In this document: positions 10,140 through 23,291 of the stretch, piece after piece
How the letters are laid out: each line of letters starts with the position of its first letter
Position numbering within the stretch: the stretch's first letter is position 1
Origin: Podarcis muralis
Taxonomy: Eukaryota
Reading direction: 5' to 3'
Assembly (NCBI RefSeq): GCF_964188315.1
Contig: NC_135667.1
Span: 13,082,001-13,146,000 of the forward strand
Length of the DNA: 64,000 nucleotides
Notes under the pieces: model-generated
What the model was told of the DNA's origin: nothing
The model's database searches: none
What the model saw: only the letters and a program-made list of their open reading frames with translations
Position numbers and translations under genes: made by a program

Positions 10140-12130
10140 TTTCCTCATCTTAGATTTGTGTATTTGTAGGTACCGCTCTTACTTTTGTCCAAGTTTTTAA
10201 ATATTTTAAACTCAGTAGTATCTAGAATAGGGGTTGCTAATGTGGGGCTCATGGGACGTCTTCCCTTACATGTCTGAGGTCTTTTTCTGACACTTACAAA
10301 GTCTCTGGTCTCTCTGGTCTCTCTCTGCAGTGACTTCCTTTTCGTGAGTCAGTGCTGGTCGTTCTATACTTCATAATAAGTACCTTTCAGTGCTGAAACA
10401 AAGCTTAGTCTAAGTTCAGAAAATGAAAGCATAAGGACATTCAGCCTCAGAACAGGTTTTTAAAAATACATTCTTACTAATAGTCTAGTAGTTCAGATAA
10501 AGTCTAGCAAAATGGGCTGCTTATAAGGCCTCTCCCAAACACACAAACATGCCTACATACATTTCAATACATTTATATTCATTTCTCTATCCAGAAATGG
10601 GAATTTCTCCTATATTCTCTTAATTCACAAGACATTTGTTCCTTTTTTTTTTGCACCAGCACAAGTACCATTCATATCTAAAGTGGATTCCCCCAGATAA
10701 AAGGGTAAACATTTGCTGCCTCACTCATTATTCTAAGGCTGCAACTCTAGGTTTGATCATTCTTTTGATGTAATACAATGAGTGGCTTAGTTCTTACATG
10801 AGCTCTTCAGGCAGTGCTGGTGGGGGTTCCTCAGAGAATGTTGCTGGAGAGGCGATGAAGCCACCATGGGAAACAATGCCACCAATGAGGAACTCTCCTG
10901 GTTGATGATACGTGTGAAGTGGATGGTGTGGACCTTGGAGCCTGCATTTCTCTAAGTGAGCCTGACATACTTTGTAAGAAAACAGTTCCAGCAGCAAGAC
11001 CACTAAAATCACCATTCTCAATTAAAAGGCAAGTGTTTGATCTACACAGAAACCACTATTTCTCTGGCAATAGTATAATTAACTTCTCCAAGATAAAAGC
11101 TGTCTCATTTGAATGGTACTTTATTTACCTGAAGCGATACAATCTGGGAGTATCCAAGATCAGACTTGAGGCTCCCAGACCCTATTTAAATTATTCTGGT
11201 AATTTTAGTATCCCTTGCGTTACTTTTGCCAGTGGCCACTGAAAGTCCACAGGGGTTTTTGAGAAGCCACAGCTTTAATTATAGCCCTGTTAATAACCAA
11301 GCTGGAATGTAGTTATTTATTCAATGCTTGCAAACCCCTGTGGTATTGCAGAAGAAAATGTGTTTATCTCATATATGGAAATATTGTGTTAAATTCCCTT
11401 TCAGTGGATAATAAGGGGCCAGTGGTGTATTGGTGAAGTTAGAAATTCATAGTAGAAGACCTTGTAAACAATGGAGACTCCAAAATGTAGTACGGCGTTG
11501 TCAGCATCTTGAAATTTAACTGAGTGGACCTGGATTCACATCAACCACGTGGCATGAGAACAATGGCTGCTCACCACTTTTCCAGGGGGCGAGAGTTGTG
11601 TTCCCTCACTCTCAGACTCCTTCCCCGATAGCCTAGGCACACAAATTTGCTGGCCTTTGAAGGGAAATTCTCCTTGGCCGGTGGATCTCAAAAGGGATGG
11701 GTCTTTCCAACCCAAAGGCACTATAAATGAGCCGCTCATTGGTGTCTCCTGGAGGGCACTGCCTTCCTGGCTGTAGGCATTGGCTGCTGTCTCATCTGGC
11801 CTGGCAGTGAGGCTTAAAAGGGCGGTTGCAGGAGGCTCTCGCAGCACGGCTGGGTCAAGAGCAACACCCTCCCACCCTCCTTTTTTATTTCCAATTACAA
11901 TTCACAATTCCAATCACAATTCATAACACACACATCTATACTAAAAATGCAATCCGTGCACAGCAATCAAAGTTTAATTTATATTTTGTGTGTTATTTCA
12001 TATATTAAGAAAGGAGATGATTTGTCCCCTTCCTCCGCCCCCAGATGAGAACAGGAATTGAATCCCGATGGGTGCTGTTTGCCTAGGAGCACCCTGAAAC
12101 TAGCTGGCTCATACCATACCATACCAGCTG
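10140..12130. repeat. Segmental duplication, paralogous to ~20240-22900 (V2R exon 1, flanking intron, upstream region)
   Basis: Long collinear matches, e.g. GGGGTTGCTAATGTGGGG, GTACCTTTCAGTGCTGAAACAAAGCTTAGTCTAAG, CTAAAAATGCAATC.GTGCACAGCAATCAAAGTTT in both; the A copy has an extra ~700 bp. Confidence 0.9.
10798..11015 (-). CDS. V2R paralog B, first coding exon (rest of gene presumably left of window)
   Basis: 218-bp exon ATG..GT donor, same length and phase as V2R-A exon 1; signal peptide then HQPGEFLIGGIVS. Confidence 0.85.
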
Positions 12131-13494
12131 CTAAGCAGAAGTTTCTCCTTTCTGCATGGGGGGCATAATCTTACAGACACTCATTAACAAACCTAGTTAG
12201 CTTGCTGTATAACAGTGCAGATGTCTATGCAGAAATAAGTGTTTTAAGATTTAATGGGCCTTACTCCCAGAAAAGTGAGCACAAGCTGGCAACGTAGGCT
12301 CTGGTTTATGGTTGAAACTAAGAGAAAGCTGTGGCTTTGTGCCCTTAAGAGCTGTATAACAGGAGGTATTATTCAGAGGTTAAGCCTGGGTTCGGGAAAG
12401 TTGAGGTCCATTATGGGAATACAGATGCAATCTGAAGATTCTCTTTGTCCTCTTTGATTCTGCTTTCAATCTGATTAAGCTCTGGTTTACTTGTATTCTC
12501 CATTCATCATGGTTAGGTCTAATCAATTTTATCTGCTCATCAAACATTTACTGAAGGATGCCAACAGTCAGTGGAAAGTCCAAAAATATACTATCCACAA
12601 ATACAATACATATTTGTATTAAGAATATAGAGTTCTGACTCATCACTTGTGTTGGTGAAAATAAAATGTTTCAGTTGTGGCTTTGTCGAATGCTTTGCCC
12701 AGTGAACTGTGCATGGTTCTTTGTTGCCATCTTTTTCAAGCACCAGGGCAGAAATCATTCACACTTTCTTATCTAGTTCTCTGATTTTCACCAAGGAGAC
12801 CTGATTCAGACAAAATCTTGGGGGGAGGGAAGCCAATTCAATGGGGGGTATGTTATTTCACAATACATAGATAATCTATGGAACTTGCTGCCATAGGAAA
12901 GAATGGTGGAGACAGAGAATTTGCTTTTGGATACGGCTTGAAGGTTTAATCTCACTGTAAACAAGTGGTACAGTGACAATAAAGTATTTCTATTTCCCAC
13001 AGCAATCTGGTTAGTCAGTGTGAGTACAGGCTACCGTACAAGATGTGCCATTGGCCTGACTCAAGAGAATCATCTTACATTTCTACGATCTTGAGTATGG
13101 ATAGGTTGGTGATGAAATCTGACGGTGAGCAGTAGAGAACAATAGACCATAAATGAATACTCAAATATTCCATGGCCTGCAATAGTACAGTTTCACATTA
13201 TGCTGAAAGCCATGAGAATTAAGGCTAGATACAGATTTCCTTACATGTATATTTTGACAAGAATTGCTCTGAGTCTTCTTGTCAACACATGCTGCAACAG
13301 AATAATGTATGTGTAAATGTATGATTGTTTTCCTCAAAGCAAATAAGTCAATTTTACAAAAGAAATTTCAACTATGAGAATTTGGAGTCTAGAAAAAATT
13401 ATAAAAAGGAGCAGGTGAACTTATATTTCCAACTATTCTACTGTAAACACAGAGAAAAACACAAAATACAGCAGATGACAGGTTTCTCATTTCT

Positions 13495-14396
13495 TTAATT
13501 TTTCTTCCTTATTAGCTGTTCCCTATTGTTCAGCTCAGGCCTCAGAATGATTATGTAACATTTGGGGAAGAAGATGCAACCCAGCAACCCACCACCGGAG
13601 GCTAAGATGGAGAAGATCTCCACAGCTACCATATATTTTCCCTTGGTGCTCAGGTAGGAGGGAATAAAGGACAGCCAAACACTGCAGAAGACCAACATGC
13701 TGAAAGTGATAAACTTGGCTTCATTGAAACTGTCTGGTAACTTCCTGGCAAGGAAAGCCACAGCAAAACTTACAGTGGCCAGGCAGCTCATGTAGATGAG
13801 GACACAGTAAAACATGGCCACAGACCCTTCATTACATTCTAGTATCATTTGTTCTGTCATTGAATGCATGTCCACATCAGGGTATGGGGGAGAGGTTGCC
13901 AGCCACACAGTGCATATGCCTGCTTGAACTATGGAGCAGGAAAGGAGAATGGAGTGGCCTAGTCCTTTCCCCACCCATTTCCTCATCCTGGATTCTGGTT
14001 TTGTAGCCATGAAGGCCAAAACCACCATGAAGGTTTTTGCCAGGATACAAGAAACAGCGGTTGAGAAGATGATACCAAAAGCTGGTTGCCGGAGGAGGCA
14101 CGTCACCTTCTCAGGTCGGCCAATGAAGAGCAAAGCACAAAGGAAGCAGAGCAGGAGAGAGATGAGGAGAGCGTAGGTGAGGTTTCGGTTGTTTGCAATG
14201 ACCATGGGAGTGTTGTGGTGCTTCATAAATATACCTAGTACCAGAACTGTGATCAGGGAAAGGAGAAGAGAGAAGCAGGCTAAACTGATGCCCAAAGGTT
14301 CTTCATAAGACAAGAAGCTTATATCCTTGGTTAGACATGCATCCCGGTTCTTGCTTGGATAGTCTTTGTCTGGGCATTTATGACAGTCATTCATAT
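13495..14396 (-). CDS. V2R-A exon 6 (7TM domain, 902 bp)
   Basis: [45 protein letters not shown] motifs. Confidence 0.95.
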
Positions 14397-17300
14397 CTGG
14401 GGGGAAATAAAGAAATTAGCTCATATCATGTCAACTTTCTGAAATGTTTACTTTCTGTCTGAGAAGAAAAGATCTCTCTTTAAATCAAAACACATATCTA
14501 GTACTGTCTGGTGCTCTGCAAAGTGCTATTACTGATTTTAATTGGTTCAGAGCTATGTGGTGCCAGAGCCAGGGCCATTGACATCTGAATGATGCAGCCT
14601 GTGTAAGTCAGAAGGAGTGACAAGGCCCCCTCTAGATATGATTTGAACCACATACCATTCAATTACTCTCAATGCATAGTCATTGTCATTTGATTGGCAT
14701 ATTTAAACTACAGTGGTACCTCAGGTTAAGTACTTAATTCGTTCCTGAAGTCCGTTCTTAACCTGAAACTGTTCTTAATCTGAAGTACCACTTTAGCTAA
14801 TGTGGCCTCCTGCTGCTGCTGCGCCGCCAGAGCCCAATTTCTGTTCTTATCCTGAAGCAAAGTTCTTAACCTGAAGCACTATTTCTGGGTTAGCGGAGTG
14901 TGTAACCTGAAGCGTATGTAACCTGAGGTACCACTGAAAGGCAATGATCACAAAGAGGCAGGATAATGCATACAGTAGATTATCTATTTTGAAACGTAAA
15001 CTCAGTTATTCTTAGAACACCGTTCAATTATTACTGCTGAGTCTGGATCTATTTAATCTATTTATTTCTCTTACCATCCTGGTTTGCAATCTTCCCCTCT
15101 GCACATGGGATGCAATCGTAGCAGCAAGGTGGCTGTCCCTCCTTCACTTTCTTGCTGGATCCTGGAAGACATCTCTCAGTACAGACAGAAAGAGGCTGAG
15201 TCTATACCATAAATGAAAAAGCAGAAGGTAACTCTTTTTTAAACTTTAAGAAGATAACTCTTTTTTAAAGACTAATGTATCCATTCCTAATGCGCAGTCA
15301 CTTGCTCTTTACACCTTTCTTCTCAGCTCTCTCCTTCACTCTCTCAATCTTCACCACTTCTCCTGCTTCCTCCTCTTCCTCTTATGAACTTAGAAGACTA
15401 GCGGTCTCCTGCACCTGCTGCTGTCGGTTCCCATTTTCTTGCTCTGGTATTATTATACCTCCCTTTCCCAACCAGCTCATTCCTCCACCTTTTAGCAAGA
15501 AAGGTGAAATCTTGGGGCTTATCTATTAGTGCATCCTCTTTAAAAAGGTAAAGGTACCCCTGCCCGTAAGGGCCAGTCTTGCCAGACTCTAGGGTTGTGC
15601 GCTCATCTCACTCTATAGGCCGGGAGCCAGCGCTGTTCGAAGACACTTCCGGGTCACGTGGCCAGTGTGACAAGCTGCATCTGGCGAGCCAGCGCAGCAC
15701 ACGGAACGCCGTTTACCTTCCCGCTGGTAAGCGGTCCCTATTTATCTACTTGCACCCGGAGGTGCTTTCGAACTGCTAGGTTGGCAGGCGCTGGGACCGA
15801 ACGACGGGCGCGCACCCCGCCGCGGGGATTCGAACCGCCGACCATGCGATCGGCAAGTCCTAGGCGCTGAGGCTTTTACCCACAGCGCCACCCGCGTCCC
15901 GCATCCTCTTTAACTCAGTTTAAAATCAGTATTTTGTAAATGTAAAGATATCCTAATTCTTATGTTTATATTAATATAGATTTCTATTTTTACTTAAGAT
16001 TCACATTGCAGTGCTCCAGAGGAAAGGAAAACCCATTAGTTACTCCAACTAACCACTTATGTGCACTCTCTGATGTAAGATTGCTTCAAGGTCAAACAGA
16101 TCATCCACTTCATAGTTTCCTGGTCTTTCACCACGTACACCCTCTTGTGCAGGCAAAACAAATGCAGAGGCCCTGATTGGCTGGGAAAAAACCCTGCACT
16201 CCTATCTCCAGGCCTTTTCATAGAAAAACTGGTATTTGACCTAGATCAAAGCACCCATATTCACATGAAGGCACTCTGTGTTCTGTTTTGTATCATCCTT
16301 AATAAAATATTTTCCTTTACTCCTATAGTGGCTTCTAGCAGCAAGCTTTTGGCTCTTAATCTAGTACTTGGATGCATTCGCCATGTTCAACATAGTAACT
16401 TGCAGTTTAAAAGACAGTGAGTAGACATGCAGGTGAATGATCATTGCTTATGCAAGATTGAATCTCTTTGGAATTATCTAACAATTCGGCCCTACCTCAT
16501 TAAACCAACTGTGCCATGTTATGGCATCTTCATCAAGGATGAATGATTGGTCTGGAGGAGCCTGTGGATCTATCCTCCCAACTTTCACTCTGTGCAAACT
16601 TTGGTTGGAGAATATAATGCAATTGACAATATCCAAGCTAGATGCTGCCTCTCCATTCTGGTTGATGAAGACCACATCTCCTGCAGTATTGTTAAATGAG
16701 ATACTTCTCAGAAAGTGATGAAGCTAGATTGAATACAGAAGAGGCAATTGTTTGGAAAAGACTGCAGTTCTTATACAAGACTGGGGTATCTTTTTCCTGT
16801 GGGCAGGACCTACAGCAAGATGTGGGTGGTGATACAGTCAACTGTGAGTAGAGTCAGGTCCAAGGATGGAGAGACCACCAATTTTCTCTCTCCCACACCC
16901 CTCTCTCTCCCTCTCCCCTTATTTACAACCTTTCTTTATCTCCCCTGCCCCACACCAGTTTTCCTCTGTCCCTCTTCATCTCAGGAGACACCACAGTGGT
17001 GTGCAACCACCTGCTCTGAGGGAGGATTTGATGTATATGGGATAGAGAAAATGCTGAGCATCTCTCTCGGCCATGACTACTGCTTGTTATCTGTGAATAC
17101 AGTGGCATCTCAGTGACCTCCAAACTTCTGTCATACAAAACCTTTTTTTCTCTGAGAGGAATGAGCAACATTTTGGAAACGCATACTTTATCAGAGAATA
17201 ACAGGTCTCTTCCAGTTGAGGTTGTTCAGCCTATTACCTGCCAAAACTGTAGATTCGGATTCTTCCCTCTCCCTCCATACGCCATTCCTCTGTGCCTGAG

Positions 17301-20300
17301 TCTGGATGTGAACATGGCATGTAAAGCATGGGCAATGGCGTAGACAGCACTGTGGATGCTGTAACTGTGGCCTGTCATGCTCATTTCAAAAAATGATCCA
17401 GGAAGGCTCTCCAGCTTCTCTTCCCCGGTGCAAATATTCCCCTCCACCTTGTCTGAAGTCATATCTGGGAATACACATTCAAAGGCCTGTTGCCAGAAGT
17501 CCCTGATAAAACCGTCCCCATCTGTGCTGGAAGGGTTTCTGTGCACAACATACTGATGAAATCCTGGTGGGTTTCTGAAGTGAATCTCAAAGGCTATAGC
17601 ACCATTGAATACTCTTGAATCCCAGCTCCTTTGAAAGACAAATGAAGCAAACTCAATCTGGGCAGTTGTTATCCATAATTTGCTTTTTATATTGTTTATC
17701 ATGTCATCCTGTTCTGATAGGTATGGAAGCCATCTAAAAGTTGCCATGGAATAAGATTCTCCATTTGCCACCATAACATTAGCTTTGCTGCTAAGAATTT
17801 TATGGTTTATAATTGCCCCCTGTTCTAGCATGCCATTAATTTCAGAAATAAAACTAAAATCAGGGATTCTTTCTAGGAATGCAAAGCAGACACCACTCTT
17901 GGTAAACATTGGGAAAATGGTTTGCACAAATCTTTCTCCGTTGTCATTGTCCATTGCAATGACTCCAATCCACGTCCACTTGAAATGCAGAAGCAAAGAG
18001 AGAATTCCCTCATACTGAAGGGCTTCTGAGGCTGCCATCTGGTAGAAGGGAAGCCCTGGGCTTTTATCATTCATCACCGGAGCAGAGCCATAAATGAGCT
18101 AAAAAGTAAATGGAGGAAGAGAAGAGACAAAGTAGAGCTCTTTCACAGTATTCATAATCATTTTGTGGAGATCCCTTTTAATCAAATCTGCCCTTTCCCA
18201 TCGTTTCAGTGTTTGTTTGCCTCTCTCTCAGTTTTACAAAGAAGACCCATGCAGATGGGCTAAAAACTGGGATCATCTCCCTTTTCTCATTTTTCAACCT
18301 TTCCCTTGATGACTGGAGAGGGGACTGTGTATGTTTTAGTTTTGGAAATTTTGTTAACACTTTGATGACTGGAGAAGGGCATTGTTTCTATTTTACTTTT
18401 AAAAACCAAACATTTTTTGAGTAGTTGCAAAATTCGGCAAGGTCTTGTACAATGGATAAAACTGAATGGGGAACATACCATGCCCCAAGCAGCAGATTAC
18501 CTAAACATTATCTGGCTTTGTCAAAATCGCAAGTTGGATCAGATACATATTTCTTCTCTGGAGCTTCTTTCGTCTTCATGATGCACATAACCCACCCCAC
18601 AGCAAAACTGTGCTGATTCTTCTTAGACTTTATTTATGAACATCTATTTCACTTGTAACTCAGCTGCTTTTTATTATTATTGTTCTTCTGCGGAACTGGA
18701 TTGTATCTTCAATTTTCCATAACTTCTTTGTGTTTGGTGCAATAAAGAATAATTATGGTACAGGCACCTACCTGTCAGTTGTTTTGGCTATAAGCAATCC
18801 CCCCCCCCTCTTCCCCAGTAGCTTTTTTGAGATGCCCTGATCACTAATTTTACTATAGGCACCTCCCTGTCAGCTTTTATCCTGTAAGCAATTTCCCCTT
18901 TACCCCAGTTACTCAATTCAAATACCCTCCGCACTAAACAGAAAATACTGCATAACCAAAAAGCAGCTGGTGATGGAGAAGCCCACTTTCCCACTGGCCT
19001 CTGGGATATCAGTGTTTTAGATGTGTGTATAAGACAGGGGGGGGAGTGACATATTTTTCTGGTATTGCACATTTCCCCTTATTGATGTTTGCTTGTTTAT
19101 ATTATAATTATGTACCACCTTTATTTCCCAAGGATCTCAAGGTGCTGTACATGGTTCTCCTTCCAATTTCATCTTCACCCTGAACTGCTGATACACCCTG
19201 AACTGATGCCGAGGAACCTGCCTCTACCTCTATGCAAGCTGTTAGAGGTATAGTACATGGGTGTCTTACCTGTGGAATCTTAAAGATATCCAAAACAGTG
19301 GCCACATAAAAGGAGATTTCAGAATCAAGTCCTCCAATGACCCCAGTCAGATTATTTTCAACATCACATATATAGTTAGGGACAAATTTCTTCACTGTGG
19401 ATAAAAGCAGCAGTGTGGCGAGATATGTGCTCCTTGCATTCTTATAGCTGTCATATAAGTGGAAGCCCAAGGTGATATTGGGTAGGATGTGAGGGTCTTC
19501 ATTGACCTCCTTGACTGTAAATGCCAAGGCTAGGATGTGCTGGTAAATCTTAGGCACCACCCTAGAATGAGAGTTGCAAACAGTATCAGCAGGAACTTCA
19601 GCAGATCTACCCTTTTACATAACAACACAGCAATTAATTATATTGTGTTCATTTGGATTAACTCACAGTCCATTCTACTATTCAACAGCTCTTATCAATG
19701 AAAAATTCTTCCTGATGTTTAGTTGAAATCTCCTCTCTTGTAACTTAAAGAAGCTAATTTGATTCCTAACCTCTGGAGCAAGAGAAAACAAGAGTGTTAC
19801 ATCTTCCTGGTGACAGCCCTTGAGATATTTGAAAATGGCTATCATTCCTCCCCAGGGACGCGGGTGGCGCTGTGGGTTAAAGCCTCAGCACCTATGACTT
19901 GCCGATCGAAAGGTCAGCGGTTCGAATCCCCGTGGCGGGGTGCGCTCCCGTCGCTCGGTCCCAGCGCCTGCCAACCTAGCAGTTCGAAAGCACCCTTAAG
20001 TGCAATTAGATAAATAGGGACCGCTTTCTAGCGGGAAGGTAAACGGCGTTCCGTGTGCTGCGCTGGCTCGCCAGATGCAGCTTGTCACACTGGCCACGTG
20101 ACCCGGAAGTGTCTCCGGACAGTGCTGGCTCCCGGCCTATAGAGTGAGATGAGCGCACAACCCTAGAGTCTGTCAAGACTGGCCCATACGGGCAGGGCTA
20201 CCTTTACCTTTATCATTCCTCCCCTCATTCTCATCATAAGTGTTCCTCATCTTAGCTTTCTGCATTTGTCCCTATTGGAATTCTTCGGTCATTTTTGTCC

Positions 20301-21116
20301 CAGTTTTCCAATATTTTAAGGTGTATCTAGAGCAGGGGTTGCTAATGTGGGGCCCATGGGGCATCTTCCCTTACATGACTGAGGTCTTTTTCTGACACTT
20401 ACAAAGTCTCTGGTCTCTCGCTGCAGTGACTTCTTTTTCATGAGTCAGTGATGGTCGTTGGAATTCACTGAATTGTATACTTCATAATAAGTACCTTTCA
20501 GTGCTGAAACAAAGCTTAGTCTAAGTTCAGAAAATGAAAGCATAAGGATATTCAGCTTCAGAACAGGTTTTTCAAAAATGTGTTCTTATTAACACTCTAG
20601 TTCAGATAAGGTCTATAAAAATTAGCTGATCAAATGGCTCTCCCAGACACATAAACATTCATACATTTCAATACACTTATATTTATTTTTCCTATTGAGA
20701 AATGGGAGCTTCTTCAGTATTCTCTTAATTCACAAGACATTCTTATGCATTTTTACATCAGCCTCTGTCCCACTGATTTGCAAAGTTGTTATTCCTAGGT
20801 AAATGGACAGAAGTTTGCAGCCTTAGTCATTATTTTGAGGCTGCAACTCTAGGTTTGATCATTCATCTGCTGTAATAAATGAGTGGCTTAGTTCTTACAC
20901 AAGCTCTTCAGGCAGTGCTGGTGGGGGTTCCTCAGTGAATGTTGCTGCAGACGAGATGAAGCCACCATGGGAAACAATGACACCAATGATGAAATCTCCT
21001 GGCTGATGATACGTGTGAAGTGGATCGGGTGGACCTTGGAGCCTACATTTTGCTATGTGAGCCTGACATACATTATAAGAAATCAGTTCCAGCAGCAAGA
21101 ACACTAAAACAAGCAT
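13495..21116 (-). CDS. Vomeronasal type-2 receptor (class C GPCR), intact 6-exon gene A, 875 aa
   Basis: Exons 20899-21116, 19270-19561, 17238-18098, 16496-16723, 15075-15201, 13495-14396, all GT-AG, sum 2628 nt with matching phases; Venus-flytrap, 9-Cys and 7TM domains. Confidence 0.93.
14711..14936. mobile_element. Tc1/mariner-type MITE
   Basis: TIRs CAGTGGTACCTCAGGTT / AACCTGAGGTACCACTG, TA on the left flank; same family at 44119. Confidence 0.8.
15075..15201 (-). CDS. V2R-A exon 5 (127 bp, Cys-rich domain)
   Basis: My translation: [42 protein letters not shown]; not in the ORF track. Confidence 0.92.
15544..15900 (-). mobile_element. Sauria SINE (tRNA-derived), in V2R-A intron 4
   Basis: GGGACGCGGGTGGCGCTGTGG head, GGTTCGAATCC B box, ACCTTT tail; 13-bp TSD GCATCCTCTTTAA at 15531 and 15901. 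Confidence 0.93.
16496..16723 (-). CDS. V2R-A exon 4 (228 bp)
   Basis: [25 protein letters not shown]; AG/GTAGG boundaries. Confidence 0.92.
17238..18098 (-). CDS. V2R-A exon 3 (861 bp)
   Basis: [39 protein letters not shown]; AG/GT boundaries. Confidence 0.93.
19270..19561 (-). CDS. V2R-A exon 2 (292 bp)
   Basis: [34 protein letters not shown]; AG/GTAAG boundaries. Confidence 0.93.
19854..20210 (+). mobile_element. Sauria SINE, same subfamily as the 15544 copy, in V2R-A intron 1
   Basis: A/B boxes, ACCTTT tail, 14-bp TSD TATCATTCCTCCCC at 19840 and 20211. Confidence 0.93.
20899..21116 (-). CDS. V2R-A exon 1 (218 bp)
   Basis: ATG at 21116, signal peptide [20 protein letters not shown] donor. 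Confidence 0.9.
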
Positions 21117-23291
21117 TCTAACTAAAAAACCAACTGTTTGTTCTACACAGAACCCATGATTTCTCAACCAATATTATAATTAGCTTATCCAGGATAAAAT
21201 TGTATCATTTGAATGGTAGTAACGTTTCCTGAGACGATGCAATCTGGGAGTATGTAAGAACAGACTTGTGGATCCCACACCCTATTAAAATAATTCTGGT
21301 TAATTTTGGTTTCTTTTATGTTACTTTTGCAAGTGGCCACTGAAAGTCCACAGGGTTTTTTCAGAAGCAACAGATTTAATTATAGTCCTGTTAATAACCA
21401 AGCTGGAATTTAGTTATTTATTCAATGCTTGTGAACCCCTGTGGAATTGCAGAAGAAAATGTGTTTGTCACATATTTGGAACTATTGTGTTAAATTCCCT
21501 TTCAGTGGATAATAAGGGGCCAGTAGTGTATTGGTGAAGTTAGAAGTTCATAATAGAAGACCTTGTAAACAATGGAGACTCCAACATGTAGTACAGTGTT
21601 GTCAGCATCTTGAAATTTGACTGAGTGGACCTGGATCCACATCAACCATGTGGCAATGACCCCTCACCACTCCAGGGGGCGACTGTTACATTTCCTCACT
21701 CTCAGCTTCCTTCCCTGATGGCCTAGGCACACAAATTTGCTGGCCATTGGAGGGAAATTCTCCTTGGCCGGTGGATCTCAAAAGGGACGGGTCTTTCCAA
21801 CCCAAAAGGCACTATAAATGGGCCGCTCACTGGTGTCTCCTGGAGCGCCATGCCTTCCTGGCTGTGGCTATTGGCTGCTGCCTTGTCTGGCCTGGCAGTG
21901 AGGCTTAGAAGGGTGGTTGCAGGAGGCTGTGGCAGCGCTTCTGGGTGAAGAGCGACACCCTCGCACCCTCCCTTTTTATTTCCATTGACAATTCAGGTCA
22001 ATTAATTATCATGCTTGTAAAATGTATTTTCCTTTTCAGGTCATGATCTAACATAGCTTTTCTCCCTAAGGGTCATTCCATCTAACCATTTCATTTTTCT
22101 TGTACCTGCTGACCTTGCTATGGTTGATAACGGTTGCCATATTTGGAGCTGGGAAGGAATTTGCCTGTAGACAAATTGGCTGGCCTTGAAGTTTAGACTC
22201 CGTAATAGCAAAACATCAAAACTTTTGGTGGTTAAGCCATTGGGTGGAATCTCAGTCTTCAACCACTGGGTGAAGTAGCGCCTCACCCAGTACCATACCA
22301 GCGATGTATTCTGGGTACCCTATTAGCTCTACCTGCACCCAAAATTGGCTTGAGTCCTGGCTGATTGTTCACCCCAGGTTGAGGGTGATGGAACTTTGCA
22401 AAGCCCTCATATTTGTGCCATTTTCTGCCCCCATTACCCAAATGACTTCACCAGCCACTGGTGCCTAAAGCTCTGTACAAACTGGGACCCAGAAACCTGA
22501 AAGATTGTCTAATGTTGTTTTAAACTGTTTTTAATAGGGTGAAGGATGAATGATTAATACTTAAATATCCCTGCTGTAACCAACTGGCAATTGCAGGTAC
22601 AGGGAACCTGTGGCTGTTTAGACAGAACACTCTCCCGGAATATGGAGAGGCAATTGTTTTTGAATAAAGGGAGAATGATATTATAGCTTAACACACACAT
22701 ATTCTAAAAATGCAATCTGTGCACAGCAATCAAAGTTTGATTTGTAATATTTTTGTGTTATTTCATACGTTGAAAAAGGAGATGATGTGTGCTCTTCCTC
22801 CACCCCCAACTGAGAATAGAAATTGAATCCTGATGAGTGCTGCTTGCATAGGAGCACCCTGGAACCAGCAGGATCAAACCCTGCCCTAACCAACTGCTGA
22901 ACAGAGGTTTCTGCAGGGGACATGGTGGTGAAATAGACCCTGGCAGCCTTCCCATCCACCACTCAACCATTCAAAACTCCAGATCACTCCACGTGGCCCA
23001 TCTCAAAATGGGACAATCTTCACTTGTCTTGGCCCAAGCTTTACATGATCCAGTTTGGATTGGTCTTCATCCAAACAGCTGACAATCCCTTGTGACAGCA
23101 AAGTCTATTGTTCAAGAATGTGCAATATTTCAGCTCCATTGGATCAGCCTGGGTTATACAATCAGGAGACCGGGGAAATTTCTCCTTATTAACTTTTCCC
23201 ACCATGTATAAATGCATATTAAATAACTGACCATTTACTATTATTCTGTGACAGACAAAATCAGCTGTTAGAGGTGGCCTCCTCATGCTAT

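Noticed and set aside
10798-11015. Second V2R exon 1 as an alternative exon of V2R-A
   Set aside because: It lies downstream of the V2R-A stop in transcript orientation; it starts the next paralog
15840-15900. tRNA-like A/B boxes (also at 19855, 49001, 63405)
   Set aside because: Heads of Sauria SINEs with TSDs and ACCTTT tails; no complete cloverleaf
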